A program made the position numbers and the translations under genes. This document shows positions 9,509-18,466 of a stretch of DNA of 64,000 bases, piece by piece. How positions within the stretch are numbered: the first letter of the stretch is position 1; each line of letters begins with the position of its first letter. The notes below the pieces were generated by a model, which worked only from the letters and a program-made list of their open reading frames with translations, was not told where the DNA came from and ran no database searches. The DNA is from an uncultured Candidatus Saccharibacteria bacterium. GTDB lineage: Bacteria > Patescibacteriota > Minisyncoccia > Phycocordibacterales > CAYRGE01. The stretch lies in contig CAZTCT010000002.1 in assembly GCA_964612415.1 (NCBI GenBank), forward strand, positions 13,631-77,630. The letters run 5' to 3'.

Positions 9509-10168
9509 TTAGCGCCTATGTCTGCGCATGTTGTATTGCCGCAACGGACAATTATCATGTTTGTGATGTGGTCCACCTTTGCAGTATGCCCGACCATAAG
9601 AGATAAGAAGATATGTCATTTCAAACCACTGATCTTTTGGTATGAGTGCCATTAAATCTTTTTCAATCTTCTCTGGAGTCTTCTCTTTGGTGAGTCCAAG
9701 GAGTTGGGAGAGTCGTATCACATGCGTATCTACTGCTATCCCCTCCACTACCCCATAGGCATTGCCTAGTACAACATTTGCAGTCTTGCGAGCGACTCCA
9801 GGTATCAAAAGCATCTCATTCATTGTCTTTGGTATTTTCCCTTGGAACCTTTCTTGTATCATTTTAACTGCGCCTAAAATATTTTTTGCTTTATTGCGGT
9901 AAAAGCCGGTAGACTTTATATCTTGTTCAAATTGAGCCTGCGATGCACCCACATAAGAATCTAAAGTTGGATATTTTTTGAAAAGTTTTTCTGTGACCTC
10001 GTTCACCTTTTTGTCCGTACATTGTGCCGAAAGAATAACCGCAACGAGCAATTCCCAATCGTTTGAATAATTGAGAGCAATTTTTGCATTAGGAAAAAGC
10101 CCGCGCAGTTCACTGATAATCTTTTGTGCACGAGCCTTTTCTTTTGTGCTGCGTTTAATCTCCTTCAT
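9509..10168 (-). CDS. nth: Endonuclease III (Nth), HhH-GPD glycosylase/lyase with 4Fe-4S
   Basis: HhH-GPD core plus C-terminal CKGGPHHKHDNCPL cysteine cluster. Confidence 0.88.
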   Translation of the reverse strand: MKEIKRSTKEKARAQKIISELRGLFPNAKIALNYSNDWELLVAVILSAQCTDKKVNEVTEKLFKKYPTLDSYVGASQAQFEQDIKSTGFYRNKAKNILGAVKMIQERFQGKIPKTMNEMLLIPGVARKTANVVLGNAYGVVEGIAVDTHVIRLSQLLGLTKEKTPEKIEKDLMALIPKDQWFEMTYLLISYGRAYCKGGPHHKHDNCPLRQYNMRRHRR

Positions 10169-10171
10169 ATT

Positions 10172-11002
10172 TCACTGCGGCAATGTGTATGTGTTATTGG
10201 TGCGTACCAGCAAGCCTTCGCGCAGCAACGCTTCAAGGCCTTTGGTGACTTGATGTTGAGGGAAGTCTTTTGTGGCGCCCACGATTTGCCCTTTTCCTAC
10301 CCTCCCCTTCTTAAGAAGTATGCGCATTATGACGCCGCGCACCTGACGGTCCGAACCCAAAAATTTACCTTGCTTCCTATAATGGACGCTCTTGTGGTTT
10401 GGATTTGCAGTCGCTTTTGGCAGTTGTGAGCCATAGTCCATAAGTGCCCAGTACCAAATTCGCGGCGAACGGGCCATCTTAATAGTTTTTTCTATAAGCG
10501 GCAAAAGTTCTTCATCATGCACTTGCGCCCTCCGCTTTGCAAAATGATAGATAAAAACTCTGCGAATGTTCGTCTCAATAAAGGCTTCTCTTTCGTCGAA
10601 TGCAAAAGCTCTTATGGCACCTGCCGTAGATTGCCCTATCCCAGGCAATCTAAGAAGGTCGTCTCTGCTCTGTGGCACACGCCCGTCATGTCTTTGCATA
10701 ATAACCCTTGCGGTATCCGAAAGAGCGCGAGCTCGGCGGTTATATCCAAGACCACTCCAGATGCTCAAAACTTCTGAAAGAGGAGCGGATGCGAGTGATC
10801 TGATATCTGGGTACTTGGCAATGAACTCCCTATACTTCCCTTCTACCCGTCCGACTTGTGTCTGCTGCAGCATAAATTCCGAGACCAAGATCTTGTATGG
10901 ATCTCGTGTTTTTCGCCACGGGAGGGCTCTCCCTTTTTCGTTATAAAAATTTTCAATTTCTTCTACAAATTTCTTAACCTTTGCCGTCGTAGCAGCAATC
11001 AT
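10172..11002 (-). CDS. MutY/EndoIII-like HhH-GPD DNA glycosylase lacking the Fe-S cysteines
   Basis: LPWRKTRDPYKILVSEFMLQQTQV and LPGIGQSTAGAI HhH motifs; no Cys cluster. Start likely the Met at 11002 that overlaps the upstream stop (ATGA), rather than 11083. Confidence 0.75.
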   Translation of the reverse strand: MIAATTAKVKKFVEEIENFYNEKGRALPWRKTRDPYKILVSEFMLQQTQVGRVEGKYREFIAKYPDIRSLASAPLSEVLSIWSGLGYNRRARALSDTARVIMQRHDGRVPQSRDDLLRLPGIGQSTAGAIRAFAFDEREAFIETNIRRVFIYHFAKRRAQVHDEELLPLIEKTIKMARSPRIWYWALMDYGSQLPKATANPNHKSVHYRKQGKFLGSDRQVRGVIMRILLKKGRVGKGQIVGATKDFPQHQVTKGLEALLREGLLVRTNNTYTLPQ

Positions 11003-11598
11003 ACGTTTGTAAAAATCTCTGGTATCGGGTATTTCGCATATTCGGGCAAAATATTCTTCCCATAAAGAATCCTTGAGAAACATTCTGCCTCTAGTTTGGC
11101 GTCAATGAGACCATGATGCGGCACTTCAATATCATGCATTCCTGTGTAGCGTAGAATCCCTTCTAAGTTTAAATCGGTTCTATCGTTGCGCAGAGGCACT
11201 GGAATTCCCCTTTTTACATGATCTGCGTAAGCAACTGAATGCAGGTCTACAACCCGATGTGGAAACTGGAAATCAATGCGTGCTTTTGCAAAAGAGAAAT
11301 TAAGATAGTCGCGATCTATGGCCACATTTTGCCCCGCGAGTGTTTTGTCGTTTGACTGCTCAACCCAATGAAAAAAAGATTGCATTATGTCCTCAAGACT
11401 TTGCTTATTTGGATCAGTCACTTCGGCTTCAGTGAAGCCAGACACCGCCAGTCCTTCTGGGTTGATCTCTGCCCCATCCCAAATGCGACACTCCTCGTAA
11501 AATTGCCGGTCTGGATTACTAAAATCGACACCGCCGATACTCACAATAGAATTGCGCTGGGGTAAGAGTCCTGTAGCTTCAATATCAACGACAAGCAT
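10999..11598 (-). CDS. DEDDh 3'-5' exonuclease (DnaQ/epsilon-like)
   Basis: Exo I DIEATG, Exo II NVAIDRDYL and Exo III HHGLIDA motifs. Confidence 0.8.
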   Translation of the reverse strand: MLVVDIEATGLLPQRNSIVSIGGVDFSNPDRQFYEECRIWDGAEINPEGLAVSGFTEAEVTDPNKQSLEDIMQSFFHWVEQSNDKTLAGQNVAIDRDYLNFSFAKARIDFQFPHRVVDLHSVAYADHVKRGIPVPLRNDRTDLNLEGILRYTGMHDIEVPHHGLIDAKLEAECFSRILYGKNILPEYAKYPIPEIFTNV

Positions 11599-11613
11599 GA
11601 TTTTAGTTTAGAA

Positions 11614-12051
11614 CTATTGTGCTACTAAATGGGCGAGCTTTTCTGTCGCGTTATTTAAAACTGTTCGGGATTCCTCGTAAGTGATCAAGTCGGCAGCTTC
11701 TTTTGAGGTTGCCCATTTGGCATCCACAATTTCGCTTTCTTGCAACTTAAGCTCCTTCTCTGGTACGCGTCCCAAGAAATACATAACTGTCTTACTAATC
11801 GACACTCCATCTTCTTGAAATTCATACGATTCACGAAGTGGTGCAGGGTCAATGATATCGCATGACACGATTCCTGTTTCTTCGCATAGCTCACGCATTG
11901 CAGCAGTAAGTGGAGCTTCGGAGCTTTCCGCCCTCCCCTTTGGGAATCCCCAATGCCCTTTTTTGTGCTGGACAATGAGATAAAGTGGTTCCTTCTCTTG
12001 AAAATAAACTGGAACAATTCCGAAAGATGCTTGGATTTTTTCTTTTTGCAT
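11614..12051 (-). CDS. NUDIX hydrolase
   Basis: Nudix box GHWGFPKGRAESSEAPLTAAMRELCEETGI (GX5EX7REUXEEXGU). Confidence 0.88.
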   Translation of the reverse strand: MQKEKIQASFGIVPVYFQEKEPLYLIVQHKKGHWGFPKGRAESSEAPLTAAMRELCEETGIVSCDIIDPAPLRESYEFQEDGVSISKTVMYFLGRVPEKELKLQESEIVDAKWATSKEAADLITYEESRTVLNNATEKLAHLVAQ

Positions 12052-12057
12052 ATATTC

Positions 12058-12477
12058 CTACAGTCCTGGGCAATTGCTTGCAGGTTTGTACCCTGCCTTC
12101 TCTGCTTCCTTTTTTGATTGGAACCAGATTTTATTTGCTTCGCTGATACGAGCTGCACCAGAGCACCAAGGATAATGATACTTGTCACTGTTCTTTGACG
12201 CAACTAATAACCCAGATTGCCCCGATATTGATGGGGTTTCGGCAGGCGCCTTTTGTGCGTCGCTAGATATGGCTGGTAAACGTGTGCCTGCCGGTGATTC
12301 TCCGGGGTAAATGATCTGGACTGGCCCTCCTGAAACTTCGTCCCCAACAGAGAGTCTCCCGAGCCCAAAACTGGCAAATGCTACAAGGACAATAATGAGT
12401 GCCGTGAGGAGTTCGGGACGAGAAGGGGCCGCTTTTGCCCCCTTGATTTTTTGAGTGAAATGTTTTATACTCCCCAT
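12058..12477 (-). CDS. Membrane-anchored secreted protein with a C-terminal Cys/His motif (YHYPWC...NCPG), hypothetical
   Basis: N-terminal TM (LLTALIIVLVAFASFGL), low-complexity linker, and a C-terminal about 40-aa segment KYHYPWCSGAARISEANKIWFQSKKEAEKAGYKPASNCPG resembling small metal-binding C-terminal modules. Confidence 0.55.
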   Translation of the reverse strand: MGSIKHFTQKIKGAKAAPSRPELLTALIIVLVAFASFGLGRLSVGDEVSGGPVQIIYPGESPAGTRLPAISSDAQKAPAETPSISGQSGLLVASKNSDKYHYPWCSGAARISEANKIWFQSKKEAEKAGYKPASNCPGL

Positions 12478-12535
12478 ATTCTCGTCGCCTCAGGCGGTGA
12501 GCAAATACTAATTTAATTTATCATAACGATACAGT

Positions 12536-12808
12536 ATGGCAACAAAAAAAGCCGGAGGAACAGCTAAAAACCTGCGCGATTCAAATCCAAAGTATCTAGG
12601 GGTCAAGCTTTCTGATGGACAAAAAGCAAAAGAAGGTGCAGTTATCGTCCGTCAGCGCGGCACACGCATTCTCGCAGGTGCAAATGTTCGCATAGGGCGT
12701 GACCACACCCTTTTCGCAGCAAAAGCTGGCACAGTTTCCTTTACAACAGTGCGAAAGACAAACTTCAACGGAAAATCAACAAAGAAAAAAGTTGCGCACG
12801 TTAAGTAA
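12536..12808 (+). CDS. rpmA: Ribosomal protein L27
   Basis: [24 protein letters not shown] canonical L27 N-terminus. Confidence 0.93.
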   Translation: MATKKAGGTAKNLRDSNPKYLGVKLSDGQKAKEGAVIVRQRGTRILAGANVRIGRDHTLFAAKAGTVSFTTVRKTNFNGKSTKKKVAHVK

Positions 12809-12825
12809 TGATATGGAGAAGCAAA

Positions 12826-12852
12826 GAAAAACCCCGCCAAGTGCGGGGTTTT
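12826..12852. terminator. Bidirectional intrinsic terminator between convergent rpmA and rplI
   Basis: AAAAA-CCCCGC-CAAGT-GCGGGG-TTTTT read directly. Confidence 0.8.
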
Positions 12853-12855
12853 TCT

Positions 12856-13305
12856 TTATTCTTCAACCACTTCAACTTCAAGTGTCACTTTGCCTCTATG
12901 TTCGCCTACGGTAATCCCAAGTGGGTGAATCCCAGCCTCTTTTATGGGCTTCTTAAGGGTAATATGCTCTGGTGACAGGTCGATGTCAGTCTGCTCCTTT
13001 ATTGCCTGCGCAATTTCTGCCTGATGAAGACCTGCAAAAAGATGCCCTTGATCATTCCCCTTGCCACTCATCTTGACCGTAATAGTTGCAAGGTCACCCA
13101 AGCTCTTAACCAAGAGCTCTTCTCGGACGGCAAGCTCCTGCTGATGGCGCAAGTTTAATGCCTCGTAGCGCTTCATCGCTGCCTTCGTGGCCACTTCAGC
13201 CTTTTTGGCTGGGAAAAGGAAGTTTCTAGCAAATCCTGGTGAAACTTCAGCAATTTGATACTTTTTGCCTACTTTGTGTACGTCTTGTAAAAGGATAACT
13301 TTCAT
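12856..13305 (-). CDS. rplI: Ribosomal protein L9
   Basis: MKVILLQDVHKVGKKYQIAEVSPGFARNFLFP typical L9 N-domain. Confidence 0.92.
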   Translation of the reverse strand: MKVILLQDVHKVGKKYQIAEVSPGFARNFLFPAKKAEVATKAAMKRYEALNLRHQQELAVREELLVKSLGDLATITVKMSGKGNDQGHLFAGLHQAEIAQAIKEQTDIDLSPEHITLKKPIKEAGIHPLGITVGEHRGKVTLEVEVVEE

Positions 13306-13366
13306 GGTGTTTTTGGTTAGTCCGCCGATTATAGCAAAGGGACGCGCTCCTTCGCAAGTAAGATTT

Positions 13367-14605
13367 TTACCTCAAAACCTCAAAAGCTTTTTGGAGCTGT
13401 GGGTCACGCCCAGCCTTAAGATCAGCTTCAGTAAGTGGTACTTTGTAGTCAGGTGTAATCCCTGTGCCATTAATGCCAGTGTCATCTGGCAAAAGCCAAC
13501 GAGCGACGGTAATCTTGAGGGAGGTATCATCAGTAACATCGATCAATTGCTGTACGGACCCCTTTCCAAAAGTCTGCTCTCCGACGATTTCCCCCACACC
13601 GTTCTTTGAAAGTGCCCCAGCAAGAATCTCCGACGCTGACGCAGAGCCTTCATTCACCAATATTACAAGATGAAGATTTTCATTGAAGATATCGTAGCCC
13701 TTGCTGCGGTAGATTTCTTCTTTCTGCTTCTCCCCAAAATCCTCCTTCACTACCACATCTCCTATCGGCAAAAACCAACTTGCTATATCAACCGCAGCGT
13801 CAAGATACCCGCCCGGGTTATTTCTGAGATCGAGAATAAGTTTTGTATACCCCTGATTGAAACTTAGTGTTGCAAATTCTCTTAATGCCTCTCTGAATTT
13901 GTCCGGCGAGGTGGCGCTGAAGCTCACAAGGCGGATCAGAAATGCCCGCTCTTCTGGATAATCCTCCGTTTCAACTACTGGAACATCAATAACATCTCGA
14001 GATACCTTGACCTCAAACGGTTCTGTGCGAGTGGTGCGATCAATAAGAAGCGTTACCTGAGTACCCTTCGGCCCTCTGATCAGGTCCACAGCCTCATTAA
14101 TGCTAAGGTCTGTGGTGTCGGTGTCGTCGATTTTTAGAATTCTATCTCCTGCGGCAAGTCCCGCTCTCTCAGCAGGAGTGCCCTTGAGCGGTGTAATGAT
14201 GGTAAGGACCCCGTCAACAATATCGATTTCCATTCCGACTCCCTCAAAATCCCCTCGTACTTCGCTTTCAAAATATTGCTTCGCTTTTGGCGGGAAGAAC
14301 ACTGAGTATGGATCTCCGAGCTTGGCAACAAGACCTTCGATTGCACCCCAGACCTTCTCTTGGTCACTCGGCATTTCTCCAACATAGAGTTCGTTGATGT
14401 CATTCCATGTTTTCCAGAATGGCGCAAAATCGACGGTCGTGCTTGCAAAAAGTCCTGCCGGGCCGGCATTCATTGGGTACGCACCCATCCCATTGATATC
14501 GTCTAGACGCAACGATGCAAAGAAATATCCCGCGCCAAAGGCGAGGGCTAATGCAATGATGCTCCCTGCTAGAAAAATACGCCGACGCGATGGTTCGGTG
14601 TTCAT
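13367..14605 (-). CDS. ctpA: Carboxyl-terminal processing protease (S41, PDZ-containing)
   Basis: PDZ segment and S41 catalytic region GSASASEILAGAL...TFGKGSVQ; likely start at MNTEPSRRRIFLAG (14605) rather than the GTG at 14674. Confidence 0.85.
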   Translation of the reverse strand: MNTEPSRRRIFLAGSIIALALAFGAGYFFASLRLDDINGMGAYPMNAGPAGLFASTTVDFAPFWKTWNDINELYVGEMPSDQEKVWGAIEGLVAKLGDPYSVFFPPKAKQYFESEVRGDFEGVGMEIDIVDGVLTIITPLKGTPAERAGLAAGDRILKIDDTDTTDLSINEAVDLIRGPKGTQVTLLIDRTTRTEPFEVKVSRDVIDVPVVETEDYPEERAFLIRLVSFSATSPDKFREALREFATLSFNQGYTKLILDLRNNPGGYLDAAVDIASWFLPIGDVVVKEDFGEKQKEEIYRSKGYDIFNENLHLVILVNEGSASASEILAGALSKNGVGEIVGEQTFGKGSVQQLIDVTDDTSLKITVARWLLPDDTGINGTGITPDYKVPLTEADLKAGRDPQLQKAFEVLR

Positions 14606-14685
14606 TGCAAAATTATCGCAAACTATCCACTTGTGGTCAAACGCACTCGCCGATATACTTACATCAATAAACACCAGTTCTCTGC

Positions 14686-15600
14686 ATGATTACTCGCTAT
14701 AAGCACAAAGAGATTGTTTGGATTGACCTTGAGTCCCCCACCAAAGAAGAGGTTCGTGAGGTGATGGAAGAATTTCATATTCACCCAATGGTTGCAAATG
14801 AGCTTCTTGTTCCTACGTTGCGCGCGAAAGTGGATGTGTATGATGACTACATCTATCTTATACTCCACTTCCCTATTATCTCGCACCACCATGATGGCAA
14901 GGTTGAACAAGAACTCGACTTCATCATTGGCAAGAATTTTCTTATTACTACTCACTACACGCTTATTGATCCACTGCACGAATTCTCAAAAATCTTTGAA
15001 GTTAATTCGATGCTAGATAAGAGTAATTTTGGGTCACATGCAGGATTTCTATTTTTCTACCTGATTCGAGAGCTTTACCAAACACTTTCTCGCGAACTTG
15101 ATTCTGCGGGAAGTGCATTAATGAAGATTGAAGAGCGTATCTTCGCGGGCGATGAAGTGCGTATGGTGAAGGCAATTTCCGGGGTGAACCGCAATCTGCT
15201 CAACTTCACGCAAGCCACTCGGCATCACAAGGAAGTACTTGAGTCCTTTGAGATCGCCGGCAAGCGACTATTTGGCGACGAGTTCTCGTATTATTTGCGC
15301 GCCATCATGGGCGAGTACTACAAAATGGCGAGCATCCTCACAAGCTATAAAGAGACGCTAAGTGACCTGCGTGTGACAAACGATTCCCTTCTTACTACAC
15401 GAACCAATGAGATTATGAAAGTCCTTACCATCATTACCGTGGTTATTTCACCGCTCGCATTTGTCACCGCGCTGTTTTCAATGAACACCAGATATATCCC
15501 TCTTGTGGGGGCACCAAACGATTTTTGGGTAGTTTTCGGCATTCTTCTCGGCGTTTTCTTTGCGATGATAGCCTACTTTCGCTACAAGAAATGGTTCTAA
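14686..15600 (+). CDS. corA: CorA-family divalent cation transporter (variant SMN signature instead of GMN)
   Basis: Soluble N-domain plus two C-terminal TMs with FSMNTRYIPLVG where CorA has YGMNFxxMPEL. Confidence 0.65.
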   Translation: MITRYKHKEIVWIDLESPTKEEVREVMEEFHIHPMVANELLVPTLRAKVDVYDDYIYLILHFPIISHHHDGKVEQELDFIIGKNFLITTHYTLIDPLHEFSKIFEVNSMLDKSNFGSHAGFLFFYLIRELYQTLSRELDSAGSALMKIEERIFAGDEVRMVKAISGVNRNLLNFTQATRHHKEVLESFEIAGKRLFGDEFSYYLRAIMGEYYKMASILTSYKETLSDLRVTNDSLLTTRTNEIMKVLTIITVVISPLAFVTALFSMNTRYIPLVGAPNDFWVVFGILLGVFFAMIAYFRYKKWF

Positions 15601-15633
15601 ATCTCCCGTCGCTAGATATGATATAGTTTCCAA

Positions 15634-17043
15634 ATGGAAATCTTTCTGCAAAACACCGCTTCGCGAGAGAAAGAGGAGTTTACCCCCCAAGACCCAGGTC
15701 GTGTAAAAATTTATAGTTGTGGCCCGACCGTATACGAGAGAGCACATATTGGCAATCTGCGCGCATTTCTTCTCTCTGATGTACTACGCAGGGTTTTTGA
15801 ATATAACGACTATGAGGTCACACAGGTGATCAATATCACTGATGTTGGACACCTCACCAGTGACGCCGATGAGGGTGAAGACAAGCTCGAGGCAGCAGCA
15901 CGTTCAAAAAAGCAGAGTGCGCAGGAAATTGCAGTTTACTTCACGAATTTATTTTTCAATGATATTGGTGCGTTAAATATCAAGATGGATAGGACCATCT
16001 TCCCGCGTGCTACGGCGCACATCACGGAGCAAATTAATCTTATTGCGCGACTGGAGGAGAAAGGCTACACATATCAAACGTCCGACGGTGTGTACTTTGA
16101 TACCAGCAAGTTTCCGCCCTATGCCGATTTTGCGCATCTTGATGTTTCGGGACTCAAAGAAGGTGCGCGCGTTGATATTGGAGAAAAGCGAAATGCAACA
16201 GATTTTGCTCTTTGGAAATTCAGCCCAAAGGATGCTGGGCGCCAACAAGAGTGGGCTTCGCCGTGGGGGCAGGGATTCCCTGGTTGGCATATTGAATGCT
16301 CCGCGATGGCAATACGGTATCTTGGAGATGAATTTGATGTGCATACTGGCGGCATTGATCATATTTCCGTACACCACACAAACGAGATCGCCCAATCAGA
16401 GGCTGCTACCGGGCGAAAGTTCGTACATTATTGGCTGCATAGTGAATTTATGACGATTGAGGGCGAGAAGATGTCAAAGTCTATCGGCAACACATTTTCA
16501 CTTGATGATTTGTCTACAAAGAATATCCACCCCCTTGCCTACCGATATTGGCTTCTTACCGCACATTACCGCACCCCGCTAAATTTCACATGGGAGACGC
16601 TCACTGGCGCATCACAAGCGCTTTTGCGCCTTTATAAATACATCACCGACCTCCCCACTTCACAAGGAGGTATCCCCGCCCAATATGCCGAGCGGTTCCA
16701 GGAAGCAGTAAATGATGACCTTAACACACCAAAAGGTCTTGCGCTCGTCTGGGAGCTTATCCATGATGAGCAAATTGCTCCCGAAGACAAATACGCAGCG
16801 CTCATTAAGTTTGATGAGGTGCTGGGGCTGGATCTTAAAAATGCCCAGAATTACTTAACATCTTTTGAACAGCTTATCCCCATAAGCGAATTACCCCCAG
16901 AAATACGCGAGCTTGTCCGCGCTCGCGAAAATGCCCGTAAAACAAAGGCTTGGGAGGAAGCTGATGCTGCCCGTCTACAAATTGAAGAGGCCGGGTACCA
17001 CATAGAAGACGGAAAAGATGGGCCAAAAATCAGCAAAAAATAG
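15634..17043 (+). CDS. cysS: Cysteinyl-tRNA synthetase
   Basis: CGPTVYERAHIGNLR (HIGH), KMSKSIGN (KMSKS), Cys-binding region. Confidence 0.92.
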   Translation: MEIFLQNTASREKEEFTPQDPGRVKIYSCGPTVYERAHIGNLRAFLLSDVLRRVFEYNDYEVTQVINITDVGHLTSDADEGEDKLEAAARSKKQSAQEIAVYFTNLFFNDIGALNIKMDRTIFPRATAHITEQINLIARLEEKGYTYQTSDGVYFDTSKFPPYADFAHLDVSGLKEGARVDIGEKRNATDFALWKFSPKDAGRQQEWASPWGQGFPGWHIECSAMAIRYLGDEFDVHTGGIDHISVHHTNEIAQSEAATGRKFVHYWLHSEFMTIEGEKMSKSIGNTFSLDDLSTKNIHPLAYRYWLLTAHYRTPLNFTWETLTGASQALLRLYKYITDLPTSQGGIPAQYAERFQEAVNDDLNTPKGLALVWELIHDEQIAPEDKYAALIKFDEVLGLDLKNAQNYLTSFEQLIPISELPPEIRELVRARENARKTKAWEEADAARLQIEEAGYHIEDGKDGPKISKK

Positions 17044-17081
17044 CTGTCTGCCCGCTGACTTGTTGTGCTACAATAGCGTTC

Positions 17082-18461
17082 ATGGCCGACAAGAAAACAA
17101 GCTCTCCTTTGCGTGTTCCGCCTCAAAATCTTGAGACAGAAAAGGCGCTTCTCGGATCAATAATGCTGAAGCCAGCATCCCTCATTGAAGTCTCAGACCT
17201 TGTCACTCCCGAGTCTTTTTATGCTGAGAAGCACAAGATCATATTTCAGGCGATGCTCGATCTTTTTCATAAAAAGGAGCCAATTGACCTTCTCTCCCTC
17301 TCCTCTAAATTAAATGAGCAAAAGCTGCTGACTCAAATCGGTGGCCGAGCGTACCTGACCGAGCTTGTAAATATTGTTCCTTCTGCAGCAAACGTTGGAC
17401 ACTATGCAGATGTCGTTCACCGCAAACGAGTCCTGCGCGATCTCATTGAGATCGCAGAGCGAATAGCTCAAGCGGGATACGATGAGACCGAAGACTTGGA
17501 AGTTGTTTTAGATAATGCAGAAAAAAATATTCTCGGCGTCACTGCACTTGGCGTGAAGCGCTCATATGTAAACCTCCGCGACACTCTTGAGGAAGCATGG
17601 GAGAGATTGGACAAACTTCACAAATCAGACGGGGGACTTCGTGGTGTGCCGACCGGCTTTCAGTCATTGGATGACAAACTCTCCGGTCTTCAGAAGTCAG
17701 ACCTCATTATTCTGGCAGCCCGCCCTTCCGTCGGTAAAACATCTCTTGCGCTTGATATCGCGCGAAATGCTGCCCTTCAGCATAAGGTGCCCACATGTAT
17801 ATTCTCGCTTGAAATGAGCTCTCAGCAACTTGTTGATAGGATGCTTTCAGCTGAGTCAAAAGTGGATTCCTGGAAAATTCGCACTGGTAAAATTTCAAAT
17901 GAGGGTGAATTTGAGCAGATCCAGCATGCAATGTCTCGTCTTGCCGAGGCCCCCATCTTTATTGACGACCAGGCTGGCAATACAATCATGAAGATGCGCT
18001 CTGTTGCACGTCGTGTGAAGAGTCAGCACGGACTTGGTCTTATTGTTGTAGACTACCTACAGCTCATGATGACCTCAAAGCAGTATGATTCATTGGTCAC
18101 CCAGGTCACTGAGATATCTCGCTCCCTTAAGGCACTCGCACGCGAGCTTGATGTGCCAGTACTTGCCCTCTCGCAGCTCTCTCGCGCCGTAGAACACCGT
18201 CGAGACCGCCCTCGCCTCTCTGATCTTCGTGACTCAGGTTCTATTGAACAAGATGCTGACTTGGTAATGTTCATCCACCGCCCAGACCGCTATGTTGAGA
18301 ACTCAGATCGTCCGAACATTGCAGAAATCTTGATCGAGAAGCATCGTAATGGTCCAACTGGAAAAGTGGAGCTCTACTTTGACGACAAGAAAACATCATT
18401 TGTTAACTTGGATAATAGCGAGTGGAGCGAGAGCGCAATGGCAGCTACAGACGACTTTTAA
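17082..18461 (+). CDS. dnaB: Replicative DNA helicase DnaB
   Basis: N-terminal DnaB domain (PPQNLETEKALLGSIML), Walker A ARPSVGKTS, H4 and RecA-like motifs. Confidence 0.93.
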   Translation: MADKKTSSPLRVPPQNLETEKALLGSIMLKPASLIEVSDLVTPESFYAEKHKIIFQAMLDLFHKKEPIDLLSLSSKLNEQKLLTQIGGRAYLTELVNIVPSAANVGHYADVVHRKRVLRDLIEIAERIAQAGYDETEDLEVVLDNAEKNILGVTALGVKRSYVNLRDTLEEAWERLDKLHKSDGGLRGVPTGFQSLDDKLSGLQKSDLIILAARPSVGKTSLALDIARNAALQHKVPTCIFSLEMSSQQLVDRMLSAESKVDSWKIRTGKISNEGEFEQIQHAMSRLAEAPIFIDDQAGNTIMKMRSVARRVKSQHGLGLIVVDYLQLMMTSKQYDSLVTQVTEISRSLKALARELDVPVLALSQLSRAVEHRRDRPRLSDLRDSGSIEQDADLVMFIHRPDRYVENSDRPNIAEILIEKHRNGPTGKVELYFDDKKTSFVNLDNSEWSESAMAATDDF

Positions 18462-18466
18462 TTTCT

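Noticed and set aside
11685-12203. 172-aa ORF overlapping the NUDIX gene and the 12058 gene in another frame
   Set aside because: NUDIX box is intact in the annotated frame; this one is a K/R/Q-rich shadow.
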